Shown here: positions 27,948 to 32,000 of the stretch, piece by piece | How the letters are laid out: every line of letters starts with the position of its first letter | How positions within the stretch are numbered: the first letter of the stretch is position 1 | Source: Trichodesmium erythraeum IMS101 | GTDB taxonomy: Bacteria > Cyanobacteriota > Cyanobacteriia > Cyanobacteriales > Microcoleaceae | DNA length: 32,000 bases | Direction of reading: 5' to 3' | NCBI RefSeq assembly: GCF_000014265.1 | Contig: NC_008312.1 | Location: forward strand, 6,210,001 to 6,242,000 | Position numbers and translations under genes: made by a program | Notes under the pieces: generated by a model | Seen by the model: only the letters and a program-made list of their open reading frames with translations | What the model was told of the DNA's origin: nothing | The model's database searches: none

Positions 27948-29858
27948 TTACTGACTTTTTTTGACCCACTCCACAATTCCATCTGCTAATGCTTTTGCTA
28001 ATTTCTGTTGTTCTTGAGAATTCATAATCCATTCAAATTCATAAGGGTTAATCATAAATCCTAATTCTAACAACACAGAAGGAGCGATCGCGGGACGAGT
28101 TAAAGCCAAATTATTCCAAAATACTCCATAGGAAGGTCGGTCTAATTTTTCCACTAAATAATTATGTAAAAATATTGCCAAACTATGAGCTTGAGAATGA
28201 TACCAAAAAGTACCAATTCCCTGAGTTTTTAGGGCATCTCCATAATCAGGTAAAGCATTATAATGAACAGAAAGTGCTAAATCTGGAACTTGTTGATTAA
28301 TCATTTCTACACGGTCTTTAGGGTATAAATCTTCCTCTGCCTTTCGTGTCATATACACTAAAGCTCCTCGATTAATTAACTCATTTTGTAATAGCTTTGA
28401 TATAATTAATGTCACATTTTTTTCAGGATAACCAGTCGGACCTATTGCCCCTAGATCATTCTCACTACCATGTCCTGCATCAATTAAAATTTTCATTCCA
28501 GTTAAAGGTTGAGTAGCAGAACTAATAACACTTTTTACCGCTGGAGGATGTCGCAAAGTTAATAGTAAAGTTGTACCAACATATTGTAATTTATAACCCC
28601 ATTGTTGGTCTGTTTTTAAGTTAAACTTATATCTAACTGCCTGTTCATTTTGTACTGTTGAAGTCAAAACTGGTTGCCAGTCTAATCTCTCAATTAAGGG
28701 ATCATCATCTAGGCGAATAGTATCAGTTTGAGCAGTAGTATTATGCAAAGTTAAACTTAAATAGCGAGCGCCCTGTTCAACTGTTACTGGCACCGGAACT
28801 TGCAGAGGAAACCTAATTTCCGTTGCACCTTGAACCTGACGAGCGATCGCACTCCGAATCACCGAACGCGGTGGTGTTGCATCTGTAAATATCCTGGTCT
28901 CGTTTGCTTTGATCCACCCACCATAGTCAAGGCGTAAATAATCTCCCTCTTTCCCTGTAATTAAAGCTTTAGTACCTTTTGGTAATGGTGTCAAGCGTGA
29001 ATAGGTGGTACTGGGTCCGGTTCTGGCAACTCCCTCTTCTACTGTCACCTCAGCTATTTCAAACGTAGTTGGAGAAAGAATACTCACTTTTCCCGGTGCT
29101 TTTTGAGTCACTGTTTTCCCCATGAGACTAAGTTGAAACTCAGGTTGACCTAACTCTCCTGGTGTTTCTACTTTTGTACAACCTTGATAATAGTCTCCCC
29201 CAGAGGGAAAAGGTTGATTATCTCCTGTTAATACTGCTAAATTTCCTGGTAAATTTACTATTTGAGATTGGGCAAATAGGGGAATAGTTTGGGTAGCTAA
29301 TAATACAGAAATATTAGCGTTTGGAGGAGCGATCGCCTGAAAACAAATCAACTCCCCGGGCATTCTAGCAATATCTTTTATCGGAGTCAAAGAATCTTGA
29401 GTAAAAGCTACCCCTACTGGTAAAGGTGGTTGATTTGAATTGCGTGTTATTTTTAAAATAATCTCTTCATTTTGATGTTGTACAGTAAATATATTTTCCC
29501 CTATTTGTAATGGAAAAGTAGGAGCAAAATGACCCATTCGACTACGCTCATTAATTAGTTTTCCATTAACAGTAACTTCAGCTTCTGGAGAAGCTGTACC
29601 AATTAAGAAAATTCTGTCAGAAGTAGTTTTATGATTGGGTGAAGGATAAGCAATAAATAGAGATTTTTTCCTTGACTTGGAGTCCTGTGGAAGTTGATTA
29701 TTATCTTCATAATTTTGTGACATAGCATTAGGAGAAATGATATTTATTAGTCCTAAAAATATTATTAACTCTAGGGTAGATAAACTAATAATTTTCCTAA
29801 ATACTTGGAAATTTATTGCTTTTCTTATAACCATTAGCAGTGGATTAAAATTTCCCAT
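27948..29858 (-). CDS. N-acetylmuramoyl-L-alanine amidase (Amidase_3) with N-terminal signal/TM region and an SH3-like domain
   Basis: The C-terminal catalytic domain contains ILIDAGHGSENDLGAIGPTGYPEKNVTL..SVHYNA..LLELGFMINP. A mid-region SH3b-like block reads ARTGPSTTYSRLTPLPKGTKALITGKEGDYLRLDYGGWI. The N-terminus has a hydrophobic helix. Confidence 0.85.
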   Translation of the reverse strand: MGNFNPLLMVIRKAINFQVFRKIISLSTLELIIFLGLINIISPNAMSQNYEDNNQLPQDSKSRKKSLFIAYPSPNHKTTSDRIFLIGTASPEAEVTVNGKLINERSRMGHFAPTFPLQIGENIFTVQHQNEEIILKITRNSNQPPLPVGVAFTQDSLTPIKDIARMPGELICFQAIAPPNANISVLLATQTIPLFAQSQIVNLPGNLAVLTGDNQPFPSGGDYYQGCTKVETPGELGQPEFQLSLMGKTVTQKAPGKVSILSPTTFEIAEVTVEEGVARTGPSTTYSRLTPLPKGTKALITGKEGDYLRLDYGGWIKANETRIFTDATPPRSVIRSAIARQVQGATEIRFPLQVPVPVTVEQGARYLSLTLHNTTAQTDTIRLDDDPLIERLDWQPVLTSTVQNEQAVRYKFNLKTDQQWGYKLQYVGTTLLLTLRHPPAVKSVISSATQPLTGMKILIDAGHGSENDLGAIGPTGYPEKNVTLIISKLLQNELINRGALVYMTRKAEEDLYPKDRVEMINQQVPDLALSVHYNALPDYGDALKTQGIGTFWYHSQAHSLAIFLHNYLVEKLDRPSYGVFWNNLALTRPAIAPSVLLELGFMINPYEFEWIMNSQEQQKLAKALADGIVEWVKKSQ

Positions 29859-30337
29859 ATTACTTTCTTTTTTTTGAGTTGATATTATTTAATTTTACCA
29901 AATTTTTCTTTTGAGAATTTGAGTTAAATTAAAATTTTTTTCCTTAACTTTTTAAGAGTTTTGTTACACAAAAGATAAAAATAGAGTATAAATAGCGACA
30001 TATACTACAAGAAATCTCCACCCACACCAATATGAGTAAGTTTCAGTCCAAATCCCAATACAGAGCAAGTAACTAATCGGAATATGACCATGATGTACAA
30101 TGAGCCAATAGTAAAATCTTTGTAAGTATTTTGCCTGCTCAATGTGTGCCTCAAAATCAGCTTTATTACTGTAATTTATACTTGCTAATCATAAAAAAAC
30201 TAGGAAAAGGTATTATATATCCAAAAATACCGATATATGCTTATACAAACCAGATTTCTTTGCCTTTGTATAAAAATAATACTACCTAATTTGATATAAT
30301 ACAGCACTACAAAGACATTATTGATGAAAGAAACATT

Positions 30338-30770
30338 ATGACCGAAAAAACCAACAATTCACATAAGTGGTAACTACCATAAAGACCGACGAATCATAAC
30401 AGATAACAAAGGCAATATGGTTGAAAAAAATGCAGGTAATAAAGGTAATATGGTTGAAAAAAATGAAGGATATTTCATCTAATACTCTCCTGAATAAAAG
30501 CAAGATTTAGCCGAAACTGCTGCTGAGATTCAAAAACTACTAGAACAATTGGAGAATACTTACTCAGTAGAAACTACGACAGAAAAAATGACAATTGCAA
30601 CAAAAGCCGTTGAGGAAATTGAGAAGAACCAGGGTTTAACACAGCGAGTTATTAATACTTTAAAAACAGTCGGTGCGGCAGCGTTGGCAAAATTCCTAAG
30701 CCATCTAGCTTCTAGTTTTATAATCGTAGCTCTTGATGATTGGCAAAAATCAAAAAAAAGGATTAGTTAG
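30338..30770 (+). pseudogene. Frameshifted gene for a cyanobacterial repeat-protein N-terminal module
   Basis: It begins MTEKTNNSHKW*, followed by a 33-bp internal repeat (GNMVEKNAGNK/GNMVEKNEG) and a stop. Next comes ..QDLAETAAEIQKLLEQLENTYSVETTTEKMTIATKAVEEIEKNQGL..LDDWQ. This layout is familiar to me from Nostocales hypothetical and pentapeptide proteins. Confidence 0.4.
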
Positions 30771-30865
30771 TAATAATTGAACCAAATAAGAGCGAAGGGG
30801 ATATTAAAACTGATGGTGATTATTATCAAGACCGTCGGCTAATTTCTAATAGTAAAGGCTGTGTT

Positions 30866-31566
30866 GTGGAAAATTTTAAGGATAATATATCCCTAGACCA
30901 AACTGATATTAAAGCTCAAGCAAGTTATTTTTTTAAAAAAGTCGAAAAAGTTGTTATCCACAATCAAAATAACAATTATGAAACAAAACAAAGTAACAAC
31001 AAATCAGACACTCAATTGGCTTTTGTGATAACTGGAAGTATTGAAGAGGGAAATTTAACTAGAGCTCAATTAAATGCTGCTGTGAAAGCTTTACAAAAAA
31101 ATAAGTGGGGATGCGTCTTTGGAAATTGAGTTTATTGAAGAAGGGAGTATCAAAATTATATTAAAAGGAATTATATTAAAAGATTCAAATCAAGGTTTAA
31201 ATCAAATAAAAGAACTGTTTTTATCTGATGAAATTGCTGACGATCCTGCTGTTTTAGAAGCTGTCCATGAAGATTTTTTTTTGTTGATGCAGTTCGACTT
31301 TTAACTGATTTAAAAAAAATCAAAAGATAGAGGAAAAATTTCAACTTGTAGCACAAATTAAGGAAAGGGAAAGGAAAAGTGAGTTTAGTTCGGAGCTAGC
31401 TAACAGAAAAACTAAACTGATAGAGAAAAATCTGAGAGGGTCAGACCTCAGAGGGGTTGACCTGGTAGGTGCAAATCTGAGTGGGGTTAACTTAAGGTAT
31501 GCTGATTTGAATGGGGTTTATTTGAGCTTAGTTAATGTCATTAATACCAAATTTAGCAATCTTTAA
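30866..31566 (+). pseudogene. Pentapeptide-repeat protein gene split over three reading frames
   Basis: Frame 1 gives ..LAFVITGSIEEGNLTRAQLNAAVKALQK.. Frame 2 gives EIEFIEEGSIKIILKG..GLNQIKELFLSDEI.. Frame 3 has no start codon and gives ..KNLRGSDLRGVDLVGANLSGVNLRYADLNGVYLSLVNV.., which is the A(D/N)LxG pentapeptide pattern. Confidence 0.6.
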
Positions 31567-31608
31567 TTTTTAAAAGAAGTAAAGCAAGACTTCATTATCC
31601 GTGGTCAT

Positions 31609-31860
31609 TTGCGCAGATGCTTAGAAGGAATTATTGAGGATGGATGGAAGACTTTAGAAGAAATCAAACAACTGGAAGAAAATAAACCTGCTTTTTGTCA
31701 TGCTAAAATGTCTATTTTTTCTAGTGAACAACCCTTAATTACAAGAGTAAAAGAACTTATTGAATTGGAATTAGTTATAAACAAGCAAAAAGTAGCTTTA
31801 GTCATGAATATTTTCTCACAAACAGCTCAAGAAATAAATGTAAAAATATTTGATTTTTAA
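31609..31860 (+). pseudogene. Possible C-terminal fragment of a DUF1822-like cyanobacterial protein
   Basis: The 83-aa ORF (..IIEDGWKTLEEI..PAFCHAK..ITRVKELIELE..QKVALVMNI..) resembles the C-terminal portion of DUF1822 proteins from memory. It is far shorter than a full-length member. Confidence 0.3.
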
Positions 31861-31928
31861 GCAGTTTTTTTCATGCCTAATCATATATTAATCAGCAGCT
31901 TTTTTCATGCCTAATCATATATTAATAA
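31861..31928. repeat. 34-bp tandem duplication (gcagtttttttcatgcctaatcatatattaatca / gcagcttttttcatgcctaatcatatattaataa)
   Basis: Read directly from the sequence, with 2-3 mismatches. Confidence 0.9.
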
Positions 31929-32000
31929 TAGGTATTAAACCATTCACACAAATGTAAATTTTTCAGAATTAATTTTTTTTAAATAGTTATAATGCAAGAA

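Noticed and set aside
30010-30190. Minus-strand open frame ..ADFEAHIEQAKYLQRFYYWLIVHHGHIPISYLLCIGIW.. with a His cluster, upstream of the amidase gene
   Set aside because: It has no in-frame start codon and is only ~75 codons long. I could not assign it to a family. It may be another gene fragment, but this is not supportable.
1-32000. Search for tRNA, rRNA, tmRNA and RNase P signatures
   Set aside because: I found no T-loop (GGTTCGAATCC-like) or other conserved RNA-gene motifs while reading the intergenic regions. A tRNAscan or Infernal run would be needed to be certain.

Overview
This is a low-GC cyanobacterial chromosome segment. HIP1 GCGATCGC palindromes sit inside many genes, and a Calvin-cycle-type gap2, a KGK-domain protein and pentapeptide-repeat families are present. 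It looks Nostocales-like, and the heavy gene decay suggests a reduced or symbiont-type genome, but I cannot name the species. Intact housekeeping genes are a GST, pgi, a REC-LuxR response regulator, an LMW tyrosine phosphatase, ybaB, murB, murC, gap2, thiL, an RCK-domain channel-like protein and a cell-wall amidase. Between them lie many decayed genes: a YfcG-like GST, IS630, TnpB and possibly IS5 remnants, pentapeptide-repeat genes and a DUF1822-like fragment. The stand-out locus is 2.39-8.09 kb. An 814-aa bacterial dynamin-like GTPase is followed by a two-domain KGK protein. The 3' end of the KGK gene runs straight into a near-perfect 161-bp tandem array of about 8.5 units, and each unit holds an intact 48-codon ATG-to-TAA mini-ORF. 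After the array come two diverged ~245-bp repeats and a decayed third KGK domain. Next to this locus is a small HNH nuclease whose 3' end is perfectly duplicated in tandem (158 bp x2), and further on an orphan RelE/ParE-like toxin. I found no rRNA, tRNA or CRISPR array. All homology calls rest on motif recognition by eye, with no database search.
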